Shown in pieces: positions 45,535-54,947 of a stretch of DNA of 64,000 bases. Origin of the DNA: an uncultured Candidatus Saccharibacteria bacterium. GTDB lineage: Bacteria > Patescibacteriota > Saccharimonadia > Saccharimonadales > AWTP1-31. The stretch's first letter is position 1, and each line of letters begins with the position of its first letter. The position numbers were made by a program, and so were the translations under genes. The stretch spans positions 129,034-193,033 of the forward strand of contig CALCZR010000058.1 in assembly GCA_937903325.1 (NCBI GenBank), given 5' to 3'. A model generated the notes under the pieces. The model made no database searches, was not told where the DNA came from, and saw only the letters and a program-made list of their open reading frames with translations.

Positions 45535-46314
45535 CTAACGTTCTATGAATAGAAACTCAAATTTAACACTAACCCAGTTATTGTCTAGCTCTCGTTTAGT
45601 CAAATTCTGTAGTCTTCGCTCAAGAGCCTTTGCGTCACAAGCTATGAGCACTACGGGAAAGTCTTTTTCGGTGGCTTTCTGCCACTTTTCTGATTCGGCA
45701 TAGGTAATGTAGCGTCTTATGCTGTTTCTAATCCTCCAGTAGGGCGCACTGGCCTCATAGAAGCTTAGGAAATAGTCTGGAGCGGTTAGTTGAAGCTTGC
45801 GTACAACGGCGCTGTCTTTAATATCTTCGTTCTTTTTTAGGTACGCATCGGTTAGGTCTCTTGGGAGCTTATATTTCAAGCTAGGCAATTCGCTCTTGCT
45901 GAAGAACTGAAATTGCTTGGGGTAATTTTGTTTGATGAATACGTAGGCTTTAAAGACGTTTAGCCTGTGTTGGATATGAACGTCGTCTTTGTTCTTGTCA
46001 TAATAGGCTTGCTTGAGTACGTTTGGATCTACAAATGGCTGCTGTCTGAGTATTTGTATTCCTTTTGGTAGTAAGTGATATGTAGCCGGTTTACCAATGA
46101 TCTTATAGCTTTTGTCATAGTTCTGCCCGATGTATCCTTGATCTACTAATATCTTTAGTCTTGTTAGTATTACTCTAGTATGTTTAGCTCCTTGACTTGA
46201 GGCAATGAGTTGAGCTGTGGTATAGCGAAATTTATAGAGTGTTGTGAGTAGTTGAAGTTGATGTGAGTTTATAGGTCGGTGTTTGGTGTTGGTAGGTTGT
46301 GGTGGTGTATTCAT
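45535..46314 (-). CDS. Replication-relaxation-family-like wHTH protein
   Basis: The N-terminal INSHQLQLLTTLYKFRYTTAQLIASSQGAKHTRVILTRLKILVDQGYIG fits the replication-relaxation pattern seen on Gram-positive plasmids and ICEs. Motif-level call only. Confidence 0.5.
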   Translation of the reverse strand: MNTPPQPTNTKHRPINSHQLQLLTTLYKFRYTTAQLIASSQGAKHTRVILTRLKILVDQGYIGQNYDKSYKIIGKPATYHLLPKGIQILRQQPFVDPNVLKQAYYDKNKDDVHIQHRLNVFKAYVFIKQNYPKQFQFFSKSELPSLKYKLPRDLTDAYLKKNEDIKDSAVVRKLQLTAPDYFLSFYEASAPYWRIRNSIRRYITYAESEKWQKATEKDFPVVLIACDAKALERRLQNLTKRELDNNWVSVKFEFLFIER

Positions 46315-46332
46315 AAGTAGAGTTTATATACG

Positions 46333-46354
46333 CCTATCTATGTTAATAGATAGG
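46333..46354. promoter_or_regulatory. Perfect 9-bp palindrome in divergent intergenic region (operator or oriT-like candidate)
   Basis: CCTATCTAT-GTTA-ATAGATAGG lies 19 bp upstream of the replication-relaxation gene start, in an AT-rich spacer shared with the recombinase gene. Confidence 0.3.
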
Positions 46355-46640
46355 TAAGTAAAGATGCAAGCCCTTAACTCCTTATTATTTAATATTTATA
46401 TATCGTATCGGCAGGATATCCACAGTTGTATTTAATACCTTGGTAATACACTTGTAGGTATACTTATTAGTGGTATATACTAAGCTTATAAGTGGGGGTA
46501 GCCATGATACAGAAAGAACCAATCCAGCCGAGCCCAGAAGACACTTCCGAAGCGCCGTTGTCAGATAATGAGCGTATCGATCTCATCGCTAATTTACTTT
46601 TGGATTACTTAGATGAAGAGCAATCGGGAGAAGAAGGGTC

Positions 46641-48356
46641 ATGCAAGACGACGCAAACAAAAATGCTGTAGCCGCGATTAGAGTCTCGACGACCAAGCAG
46701 GGTACGGAGGGTGACTCTCCCGAAGCTCAGAAAGAGCAAATTGAGCGCTTTGCTTTAACCCGTGGTATCACCATAAAAAAGTTCTTTGTCTTTTTGGAAT
46801 CCGCCAGTAAAGAGCAGCAGCCAATGCAGGAAGCTATTGATTACTGCAAGAATCCTAAGAACGGCATTGAACTGTTTATCATAAAATCGATTGACCGTTT
46901 TACTCGAGGCGGATCACTATCGTACGACCTGCTCAAAAACCAGCTGGAAGCAAATAATGTGTCATTGGTAGACATTTACGGCGTGATTAGCTCGCGGCAG
47001 GTGAATACCCTAGAACACCTCGGCTTTGAATATAAGTGGAGTAAATACTCTCCAAGCAAGAAATCCGAGATACTAGAGGCCGAGCGTTCCAAGGATGAAC
47101 TGCGGGATATTATGAGTCGTATGATTGGGGCTGAAATCCGCTATACCCAACTCGGTTTTTGGATGCGACAACCGCCGTTCGGTTTTGTCAGTGAGAAAGT
47201 CGAAACGAACAATGGAAAACGTTGCATATTACAACCCCATCCGACTGAAGCCCAGTACATTACAAAGATTTTCGATCTGCGTGCTCGTGGCACGATGCGT
47301 GATATGGAGATTGTTGAGGAAGTTAATAAGCTAGGCTACCGAGGACGGGTGCACTATGTTCGTGATAAGAGCGATCGATCTAAAGTTTTAAAGAAGCGCG
47401 GAGGCGATCCCTTAACCCTCAAGGCCTTAGATCGTATCGTCACTAATCCAATCTACGCTGGGATTAATGCCGAGAAGTGGACAGACGGCAAGCCGGTACA
47501 GTGCGCTTTTAAAGGCCTAGTATCTATTGACCAGTTCAACCGAGCTAACAAAGGCAAAAAGGTCATCACCAAAGACGAGCAAGGTGACATTGTCATCATA
47601 AAAAGAGAGCTAGAGCCACGGTATGCGACCATCAAAGGTTCTCGTAACCCTGATTTTCCGTACCGCAAGTTTGTGCTGTGCCCAGAATGCCACAGACCGC
47701 TTATCGGCAGTGCTTCACGCGGCAAGTCCGGTAAACATTATCCGGCCTATCACTGTGACAAACGAGGCCACTATTTCCGTGTGCCTAAAAAGGAATTGGA
47801 GGACAGAGTGAACGAGTTTATTAACGGTATTCGTGTCTCGCCGGAGCAGGTCGATAGGGTTCTGAACGTTATTGAAGCTGAGTGGAAGAAACGGGAACAA
47901 GCACTCAAACAAGAGCTTGAGACGCTTGATAGCCACATTCAGGGCTTACGTACTGAAATCGAAATGACTGGAAGCAAGATTAAGCTCGTAAGCAACGAGA
48001 CAGCAATTAAATATATAGAGGAGGACATTGTGCGTATAGAACAACAAATTAAAGAGTTGGAGGCTACTAAGATGAAGAAGATAAACCGTAAACCTATTAA
48101 TTGGCAACGCTTGAAGGCTAGGGTTCGTTACCTGGCGGAACACTTTGATGAGCTACTGTTACAACAGATTGATCCGGTCAAAAAAGCACAGTTTTTTGCC
48201 GCATTATTCAATAATTTTCCAACATTTGAAGATTTAGCCAGCGGAACACCCGGCAAGCCAAACTTTACAGGGGTGAATCCAATATTTTCTCTCGCTAAAT
48301 TACCTACTACCCATTTGGTGACCTCACCGGGAATCGAACCCGGATTGCCGGGATGA
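46641..48356 (+). CDS. Large serine recombinase (integrase)
   Basis: Resolvase catalytic motif AAIRVSTTKQ, recombinase domain, zinc ribbon CPECHRPL...YHCDKRGH, coiled-coil region. The last 14 codons (48315-48356) are antisense to tRNA-Glu. Confidence 0.9.
   Translation: MQDDANKNAVAAIRVSTTKQGTEGDSPEAQKEQIERFALTRGITIKKFFVFLESASKEQQPMQEAIDYCKNPKNGIELFIIKSIDRFTRGGSLSYDLLKNQLEANNVSLVDIYGVISSRQVNTLEHLGFEYKWSKYSPSKKSEILEAERSKDELRDIMSRMIGAEIRYTQLGFWMRQPPFGFVSEKVETNNGKRCILQPHPTEAQYITKIFDLRARGTMRDMEIVEEVNKLGYRGRVHYVRDKSDRSKVLKKRGGDPLTLKALDRIVTNPIYAGINAEKWTDGKPVQCAFKGLVSIDQFNRANKGKKVITKDEQGDIVIIKRELEPRYATIKGSRNPDFPYRKFVLCPECHRPLIGSASRGKSGKHYPAYHCDKRGHYFRVPKKELEDRVNEFINGIRVSPEQVDRVLNVIEAEWKKREQALKQELETLDSHIQGLRTEIEMTGSKIKLVSNETAIKYIEEDIVRIEQQIKELEATKMKKINRKPINWQRLKARVRYLAEHFDELLLQQIDPVKKAQFFAALFNNFPTFEDLASGTPGKPNFTGVNPIFSLAKLPTTHLVTSPGIEPGLPG
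48316..48331. repeat. att core, right copy (TGGTGACCTCACCGGG)
   Basis: Exact match to 19444-19459. It forms the 3' acceptor/CCA end of tRNA-Glu. Confidence 0.6.
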
Positions 48357-48390
48357 GAACCCGATTTCCTAACCGTTAGAAGATGAGGCC
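48316..48390 (-). tRNA. tRNA-Glu(CUC), CCA encoded
   Basis: The reverse complement GGCCTCATCTTCTAACGGTTAGGAAATCGGGTTCTCATCCCGGCAATCCGGGTTCGATTCCCGGTGAGGTCACCA folds as a 75-nt cloverleaf. Anticodon loop TTCTCAT. Confidence 0.85.
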
Positions 48391-48604
48391 AGACTTGCAG
48401 ATATTACCACATTAACAGGGAAGAGTCTAGATATCTTTCGGTGTCGTTGTGTGCCATAATTCTTATGGTAATTATGCCAAACCTGATACACCGTATACCT
48501 GTATCAGCAGTCCCGGCACAAACAGGGTGGGATTTGCTGTCGTACTCACGCTCAGAACATGGAGTGGTGTTTGTTGCATCTGTTTATCCTGGAAGGTATG
48601 TGTC

Positions 48605-49900
48605 GTGAATACCACGACCTTACTAGTCGTCATGCCCATTTTATTATTGGCATGTCTGGTGCTCTGGAGACTTGGCGGCAAGAAAGCCTCCGTTAGTGCC
48701 TTACATTCTCCCGGTGGTGGCCCGGAAGGTTCTAACATCCTGGAAGCTGTTTCTGATGGTGTCGTTATCTTAGACACTAAGGGGACCATTAGTATGATAA
48801 ACCCGGCAGCCGGACGCCTCGTTGGGTGGGAGCCTAAGGATGCCATTGGCATTGACCACGCACTCGTCTTCAAGCTCTGCGACCAAAAAGGCAATCCGTA
48901 TCCACCGGCCGATGATCCGTTTAGTCAACTCCTCAAGGATGGGAAGCCGCACCGAGATAACAACGCTAGTGTTATCGCAAAGGGTAGCGAGAAACGCGTC
49001 ATGCTCAGCATGACAGTTTCACCATTATTCCGACACGGTGAACTGAGCGGAGCAGTAGGCATTCTCCGAGATGTCAGTGAAGAGCGAGCCGCGGAACGAC
49101 AGCGAGCTGAATTTATTAGCACCGCCAGTCACGAAATGCGCACACCAGTAGCCGCCATTGAAGGCTATCTAGCTTTGGCTCTTAATGAAAAGGTTAGCAA
49201 GATCGATGCCAAAGCTCGAGGGTATCTGGATAAGGCGCACGAATCTACGCAGCACTTAGGTAGCCTCTTCCAAGACTTGCTTAACAGTGCCAAGGCCGAA
49301 GACGGTCGGCTTATTAACCACCCCGAGGTTGTCGAGATGGGACAGTTCCTCGGTAAGCTCAGTGAAGACTTGCGGTTCGTAGCCCAAAAGAAGAATCTTA
49401 TCGTAGAGTTTGTGGTCGGCACTTCCGGCGCTAACATAAATGCCTCGCTGGAAAAGGGAAGCATCCGGGTCGTACAGCCGTTGTACAACGTCTATGCCGA
49501 TCCAGAACGCTTGCGTGAAGTTATTACCAACCTCTTCGATAACGCCGTGAAGTATACTGAACACGGCAAGATATCTATTGGCCTCACCGGAGACAATAAC
49601 GTCGTGCAGATATATGTCCGGGACACAGGCAAGGGTATTCCGGCCGTAGATATTCCACACTTGTTCCAGAAATTCTACCGGGTAGACAACAGTGACACTC
49701 GTACGATTGGCGGCACCGGACTGGGGCTATTTATTAGTCGTAAGATAATCGAGCTGTATAACGGTCGCATTTGGGTGGAGAGTAAGCCTGGTGAGGGTAG
49801 CACCTTCTTCATCAACCTCCCGCGGTTGTCCCGTAACCAAACTAGTGAATACTCTGGTGATTCAGGGAACTTAGTCCGTACAAATAACCCTACCACCTAG
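48605..49900 (+). CDS. PAS-domain sensor histidine kinase (PhoR/WalK-like)
   Basis: The GTG at 48605 is preceded by GGAAGG. TM segment, PAS (GVVILDTKGTISMINPAA), H-box STASHEMRTPV, HATPase GGTGLGLFISRKI...GEGSTF. The track ORF start at 48449 is probably too far upstream. Confidence 0.85.
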   Translation: MNTTTLLVVMPILLLACLVLWRLGGKKASVSALHSPGGGPEGSNILEAVSDGVVILDTKGTISMINPAAGRLVGWEPKDAIGIDHALVFKLCDQKGNPYPPADDPFSQLLKDGKPHRDNNASVIAKGSEKRVMLSMTVSPLFRHGELSGAVGILRDVSEERAAERQRAEFISTASHEMRTPVAAIEGYLALALNEKVSKIDAKARGYLDKAHESTQHLGSLFQDLLNSAKAEDGRLINHPEVVEMGQFLGKLSEDLRFVAQKKNLIVEFVVGTSGANINASLEKGSIRVVQPLYNVYADPERLREVITNLFDNAVKYTEHGKISIGLTGDNNVVQIYVRDTGKGIPAVDIPHLFQKFYRVDNSDTRTIGGTGLGLFISRKIIELYNGRIWVESKPGEGSTFFINLPRLSRNQTSEYSGDSGNLVRTNNPTT

Positions 49901-49956
49901 GGGTAACGCGTGATACAATACGATAAACATAAGCAGTAATAGGAACACACAACACA

Positions 49957-50901
49957 ATGGCAAAAGTGATGCTCGTCGAAGACGACAACAACCTGAGGGA
50001 AATTTACGGCGCACGACTGCTCGCCGAAGGATATGAGATTGTTTCCGCTAAAGACGGTGAAGAAGCTTTGGCGCTGGCCGTTAAGGAGAAACCCGACCTG
50101 ATTATTAGTGACATTATGATGCCCAAGATCAGCGGCTTTGACATGCTCGACATCCTCCGTAGTACTGCTGAGACCAAGAACACTAAGGTGATCATGATGA
50201 CCGCTCTCAGCCAAGCAGAAGACAAAGAACGAGCCGACAAGCTCGGAGCCGATCGTTACCTCGTAAAGTCCCAAGTCACCTTAGAGGACGTTGCTAAGGC
50301 TGCGGCCGAAGTACTTGGTAGTGATGCCGCTCCCGCAGCTGCAGCAACTGCAGCAGAACCGACCGCTGCACCAGAACCAGTAGCAGAAGCTGCTCCAGTG
50401 GCCGTTGCTGAACCAGCCGCTCCTGCAGAACCTGCGGTAGAAACACCAGCCGTTGTACCAACTCCGACTCCTGCACCTGTGCCTACACCAACGCCAGTGG
50501 CTGCCGCTCCAACTCTAGCCGCAGATCCAGCCCCAGCTGCTGCTACTCCGGCCACCACACCAGCTGCAGAGCCTACTTCAGCGCCCGAAGAACGTACCAG
50601 CACCATAACTCCAGGAGAAGGTGATCATCCGCAAACTTCGGTACACACCAAAGTCATCTCGCCCATTAACGACCTCAGTGCTAAGCCGCCAGATCTCCAG
50701 GCCTTACTCGCTAAGGAAGAAGCCAAAGAAACTGTTGCAGCCCCAACTCCAGAACCTAGCACAACTCCCGTCTCAACCGCTCCCGTAGATGAGCCAACTC
50801 CTGCACCCGCACCGCCTGCTAATCAAGCAGTCGTTAACGATGTAACACCACCGCCTCCACCGCCAGTTAGCATTGCACCTGACGGCACCATACAGTCATA
50901 G
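49957..50901 (+). CDS. Response-regulator receiver protein with long Ala/Pro/Thr-rich tail, no recognisable output domain
   Basis: REC domain: MLVEDDNNLREIY...DLIISDIMMPKISGFD...TALSQ...KLGADRYLVK. About 190 aa of low-complexity AP/TP repeats follow. Confidence 0.85.
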   Translation: MAKVMLVEDDNNLREIYGARLLAEGYEIVSAKDGEEALALAVKEKPDLIISDIMMPKISGFDMLDILRSTAETKNTKVIMMTALSQAEDKERADKLGADRYLVKSQVTLEDVAKAAAEVLGSDAAPAAAATAAEPTAAPEPVAEAAPVAVAEPAAPAEPAVETPAVVPTPTPAPVPTPTPVAAAPTLAADPAPAAATPATTPAAEPTSAPEERTSTITPGEGDHPQTSVHTKVISPINDLSAKPPDLQALLAKEEAKETVAAPTPEPSTTPVSTAPVDEPTPAPAPPANQAVVNDVTPPPPPPVSIAPDGTIQS

Positions 50902-50915
50902 GGTATACTTACCCC

Positions 50916-51563
50916 ATGCGAATTAATAAGTATCTAGCTCTCAGTACTGGCATGTCTCGGCGCACCGCCGACGCTACTATCCAGGAGGGTAGGGTACAGA
51001 TTAATGGTGTCCTGGTAACATCTGGACAACAGGTAGGCCTAGATGACACTGTCATATTAGATGGCAAGGCTGTCAGACCGGCGGAGACCACTCAAACCAT
51101 TATCCTCAACAAACCAGCTGGCTACGTCGTCAGCCGTGACGGACAGGGTAGTAAGACTATTTACGATCTACTGCCAGAAGAACTGCATATCCTCAAACCT
51201 GTTGGGCGGCTGGATAAAGATTCATCTGGCCTACTACTTCTAACCAACGATGGAGAACTAGCCAACAAGCTGACTCACCCTCGCTACCAGAAAGAGAAGG
51301 TCTACGAGGTTAGTTTGTATATCCCGCTAAAAGACAAGGACCGAGAGGCTATTGAGAGCGGCATAGAGTTGGAAGATGGCATCAGTAAGCTGCAGTTGGA
51401 TGGCAAAGGCAAAGATTGGGTCGTAACTATGTCCGAGGGGCGAAATCGACAGATCCGACGAACCTTTGCAGAGCAAGGCTATACCGTGAAGACGTTGCAC
51501 CGAGTACAGTTCGGCGACTACATCCTGAAGGGGACCGCAACCGGCTCGCACCACCTGGCGTAA
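50916..51563 (+). CDS. Pseudouridine synthase, RsuA/RluB family
   Basis: S4 domain MRINKYLALSTGMSRRTADATIQEGRVQINGV; catalytic VGRLDKDSSGLLLLTNDG. Confidence 0.85.
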   Translation: MRINKYLALSTGMSRRTADATIQEGRVQINGVLVTSGQQVGLDDTVILDGKAVRPAETTQTIILNKPAGYVVSRDGQGSKTIYDLLPEELHILKPVGRLDKDSSGLLLLTNDGELANKLTHPRYQKEKVYEVSLYIPLKDKDREAIESGIELEDGISKLQLDGKGKDWVVTMSEGRNRQIRRTFAEQGYTVKTLHRVQFGDYILKGTATGSHHLA

Positions 51564-51592
51564 TATACTATTTTAGGTTATAGTTTATTTTC

Positions 51593-52261
51593 ATGTTCAG
51601 ACGCTTACCAGATATCTCACGCAAGGCGCACCGCAAAGCTAGGCAAGCATTTGCAAACGGCGAGCTTTGGCTACCAGAAGATCCCGACCCACAGCTTGAG
51701 GAAAAAGTTGGGGATTGGCTCGCTGATACGACCCTTAAAACCGAGCGTGCCGTCGCCCAAAGACTTTCCGAACTATCGCACACTGTTATTACCAATGAAG
51801 CCCCTTTGGCACAACCTAACAGAGCTCTCCCAGCAATCTCTAAAAAAATAGGGACTTGTATTGCTCACACCGAGGTTGCACTTGGGTTTGCGACAATACA
51901 CAACCTCCGCCTACTTCCTACATGGAGGCTACATGGGGCTGGTCATGCAACCGGCTTATGGCGTGGGGCGCTCGAGCCCTGGAAAATAAACTCTTATGGC
52001 GCGATAGCAAGCACATTTTTTGAAGATGAAGAAAACTCCACCGCGCTTAACGCAGGCATGTTTGCCCTCGCTGACCTCGTAGAAGCTTCGGGGCAAGGAG
52101 CAATGGCGGTCGTGCATTACGAAATGAGGACCGAACCTCATGTACCAGCCCTGGAAGCAACACTTATACGCTCGCCGCATGAGAATCCATATGAATCAGA
52201 GTCAAATAGACTCCTGATTCTACCCCCTCAAATGGCATTGAAATTACTGAACGCTGCCTAA
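51593..52261 (+). CDS. Hypothetical protein (222 aa)
   Basis: Supported by the ORF only. Confidence 0.45.
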   Translation: MFRRLPDISRKAHRKARQAFANGELWLPEDPDPQLEEKVGDWLADTTLKTERAVAQRLSELSHTVITNEAPLAQPNRALPAISKKIGTCIAHTEVALGFATIHNLRLLPTWRLHGAGHATGLWRGALEPWKINSYGAIASTFFEDEENSTALNAGMFALADLVEASGQGAMAVVHYEMRTEPHVPALEATLIRSPHENPYESESNRLLILPPQMALKLLNAA

Positions 52262-52325
52262 GTCAACATGGTAGCGTAATAGGGGGTTGGCCAACAGGGG
52301 CAATTTGTGGTAAAATAAACGTCAA

Positions 52326-53681
52326 ATGGCAAAGAAGTTACCCATCGTCGCTATTGTTGGCCGCGCCAACGTTGGCAAATCAACTCTGTTCAATAGCATC
52401 CTCGGTCGTCGGGAGGCTATTATTGCTAATGAAGCCGGTACGACGCGTGACAGTATTTGGGCCAAAGCTGACTACCAGGGTAGCCAGTTCTGGTTAATCG
52501 ATACTGCTGGTATGAAGGATGCTGAAGACGACTTTGAGTTCACGATTCAGGAGCAGATCATCCAAGCCGCCGACAGCGCAGACATAATCTGGGTTGTTAT
52601 CGAAGGTACCACCATTCTCACTGAAGAAGACCGCCGGGTGGCTAAGATGGCTCTTAAGAGCAAGAAGCCGGTATTCCTCGTTGTTAACAAGATGGACAAA
52701 GCTCGAAAGAAGACCTACAAGGACTTCGAGCGATTGGGTATTAAGCCAATCCACCTAGTAAGTGTTACTCAGAACATTGGCGTCGACGAACTACTGGATC
52801 GCTTGATAACTCAGATCCCTCAAGTATCTCAAGATGATGCACCAGACCGTCTGCGCCTCGCAATCTTGGGTCGACCAAATGTTGGTAAATCACACCTGTT
52901 TAATACCTTGGCTAAGAAGCAGCAAGCCGTGGTAGCCGACCGGGCAGGGACCACCCGAGATATTAACCGTACCGTTGTAAAGTACCAAGGCCGTGAGATC
53001 GAATTACTTGATACCGCAGGTATTCGCCGTAACGGCAAGATCGAAGTCGGCGTAGAACGCTTTAGTGTTATCCGAAGTCTCAGTGCCATTGAGCAGGCAG
53101 ATGTCTGTCTAATGCTCATGGATGTGAATGAACTCAATGTCCAGCTCGACCAAAAGATTGCCGGCATGATCAAGGAAGCCGGTAAGGGGCTCATCCTGGT
53201 CATTAGTAAGTGGGATAGCATCAAGGACGAGAAGACTGCCTTTACCCGTGACAAGCTAGCTGCTGAAATCCGTCAGAACTTTGCCTTCATGCCGTGGGCA
53301 CCCCTCGTTATCACGAGCTCTGTCACCGGGCAGAACGTTGCGAAGCTATTTGAACTGGTTCTAGAAATAGATAAGCGTCGTCAGCAGAAGTACACCACCA
53401 GCGACCTCAACCGTTGGCTCCGTAAGGTAGTCAGCATGCACCCACCAGCAGGACTCAAGAACCGTGCACCTAAGCTCAATTACATCGTCCACGAAGACGA
53501 CAACCCCATCCCAAGCTTTAAGGTCTTTGGGGCCCACACTAAATTCCTCCATTGGAGTTACAAGCGATTCATGGAACGCGACTTCCGTGAAAGCCACGAC
53601 CTAGTCGGCACACCAGTACAGTTTTGGTTTATAGAGAAGCACGAGACCCACAAGCACGGTACTCGACCCGACAAAGACTAG
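52326..53681 (+). CDS. der: Ribosome-associated GTPase Der (EngA)
   Basis: Two tandem GTPase domains (GRANVGKSTLFN and GRPNVGKSHLFN, each with DTAG) plus a KH-like C-terminus. Confidence 0.95.
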   Translation: MAKKLPIVAIVGRANVGKSTLFNSILGRREAIIANEAGTTRDSIWAKADYQGSQFWLIDTAGMKDAEDDFEFTIQEQIIQAADSADIIWVVIEGTTILTEEDRRVAKMALKSKKPVFLVVNKMDKARKKTYKDFERLGIKPIHLVSVTQNIGVDELLDRLITQIPQVSQDDAPDRLRLAILGRPNVGKSHLFNTLAKKQQAVVADRAGTTRDINRTVVKYQGREIELLDTAGIRRNGKIEVGVERFSVIRSLSAIEQADVCLMLMDVNELNVQLDQKIAGMIKEAGKGLILVISKWDSIKDEKTAFTRDKLAAEIRQNFAFMPWAPLVITSSVTGQNVAKLFELVLEIDKRRQQKYTTSDLNRWLRKVVSMHPPAGLKNRAPKLNYIVHEDDNPIPSFKVFGAHTKFLHWSYKRFMERDFRESHDLVGTPVQFWFIEKHETHKHGTRPDKD

Positions 53682-53719
53682 CTAGGCCATTATGGTATAC
53701 TGCTCGTAAAGGACCCCTT

Positions 53720-53956
53720 ATGAGCGAGACTACAAGCGACCAGACCGTACCTGAAGGTATCACCTATGACGATGCGGGTGGCTTTACTGCAAAAATTGGA
53801 TATGGAGTCATCCGGTGTGTCAGGTCTACTGAACCAGGAATAGTTACCAGCGTTCCCGGTGATGGTACCGTACGCCACATATTGCCTCCTCAAGAGTTTG
53901 CCGAAATATCGGCCAGAGTAGTAGAAGCTGCTCGAGGTGACGGGGTTAGTATGTAA
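53720..53956 (+). CDS. Hypothetical small protein (78 aa)
   Basis: The ATG at 53720 (MSETTSDQ...) avoids overlap with der; the track ORF starts at 53624. Confidence 0.4.
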   Translation: MSETTSDQTVPEGITYDDAGGFTAKIGYGVIRCVRSTEPGIVTSVPGDGTVRHILPPQEFAEISARVVEAARGDGVSM

Positions 53957-54600
53957 TGGGACTATTCACTAAAGAACCAATTAGCACTAATACTTCTGCA
54001 CCGTTATACACACTGGGCAACCAGCGAACCATTCTGCTAGTAGGTCTTGGGAATCCAGGCAAGGAGTATGACGGCACCCGCCATAACATTGGCTTTGACG
54101 CTCTAGACGCCTTCGTAGGCAGCCAGAGTGAGTTCAGTGGCTGGATTACCAAGAAAGATCTACAGTGTCAGCTCACCACAGCAACACTCGGCGGTAATCG
54201 GATTATCGCTATTAAGCCCACGACATTCATGAACGAAAGCGGACGAGCTATTCGAGCAGTACAGGATTTCTACAAGATCACCACCGCAGATACATTAGTT
54301 ATTCATGACGAGCTAGATATTCCATTTGGCCAGATCCGTTCTCGTATTGGCGGCGGCAGTGCAGGACACAACGGCATTAAGTCAGCTACGAGTCACATTG
54401 GGGATGAATATGGGCGCATACGGATTGGTATTAACAGTGAGCACCGCGTAAAGAACGACGAAAAAGACTTTGTACTTAAGAAGTTTAGTAAAGAAGAACA
54501 GGGGCAACTGGGTAATCTACAAAAAGAAGTTACGGCGCTTCTGACTGAATATCTGTATGGCGGTTCTTTGGCTGCCGAAACCCGAAGTTTCCTTATTTAG
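53956..54600 (+). CDS. pth: Peptidyl-tRNA hydrolase
   Basis: LLVGLGNPGKEYDGTRHNIGF, HDELDIPFG, GHNGIKS. Confidence 0.9.
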   Translation: MGLFTKEPISTNTSAPLYTLGNQRTILLVGLGNPGKEYDGTRHNIGFDALDAFVGSQSEFSGWITKKDLQCQLTTATLGGNRIIAIKPTTFMNESGRAIRAVQDFYKITTADTLVIHDELDIPFGQIRSRIGGGSAGHNGIKSATSHIGDEYGRIRIGINSEHRVKNDEKDFVLKKFSKEEQGQLGNLQKEVTALLTEYLYGGSLAAETRSFLI

Positions 54601-54929
54601 TTTCCTTTTTTAGCCTTCTCTTTGAGGTACTGCTCACACTCAGCCACCATGATTGGGCCGGCTACTGGTGCGATAACGGCAACCATACCTTGCCGCACCT
54701 CTTCTAGCTGAGCCTGAGCGGCCAAGACCTCAGTGTAGGATAATCCGGTCGGATCCACAGTAGTACTTGCCAGACTATCAACTCTCCTAAGAAGAACGTC
54801 GAGATTTAAAAAGGTCCACGATTCTTTACCCAGCAGGTTAGCCTCCTGCACCGTATCACAGATAAACTCAAGACTGTCTTCGCGGTATTGCATATGTTGT
54901 TTATAGCAGTAGTACTGACTAGGACACAA
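54597..54929 (-). CDS. Hypothetical protein (110 aa or shorter)
   Basis: Supported by the ORF only; start uncertain. Confidence 0.4.
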   Translation of the reverse strand: MCPSQYYCYKQHMQYREDSLEFICDTVQEANLLGKESWTFLNLDVLLRRVDSLASTTVDPTGLSYTEVLAAQAQLEEVRQGMVAVIAPVAGPIMVAECEQYLKEKAKKGN

Positions 54930-54947
54930 GCGGCGTATACTAGGTTT

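Larger units (their letters stand above)
19444..48331. mobile_element. About 28.9-kb integrated element (ICE/IME-like genomic island) in tRNA-Glu(CUC)
   Basis: 16-bp direct repeats at both ends; a serine recombinase abuts the tRNA; replication-relaxation-like, TraD/VirD4-like, PLD nuclease and XRE genes are present. The tRNA-like repeat plus hairpin/T-run sits at the distal end. Confidence 0.6.

Noticed and set aside
46504-46671. 55-aa acidic ORF (MIQKEPIQPSPEDTSEAPLSDNERIDLIANLLLDYLDEEQSGEE...) just upstream of and overlapping the recombinase start, possibly an excisionase or RDF
   Set aside because: It is too short and unsupported to call. It has no HTH-like motif and overlaps the recombinase start out of frame. 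It may merit a look only if the element is studied experimentally.
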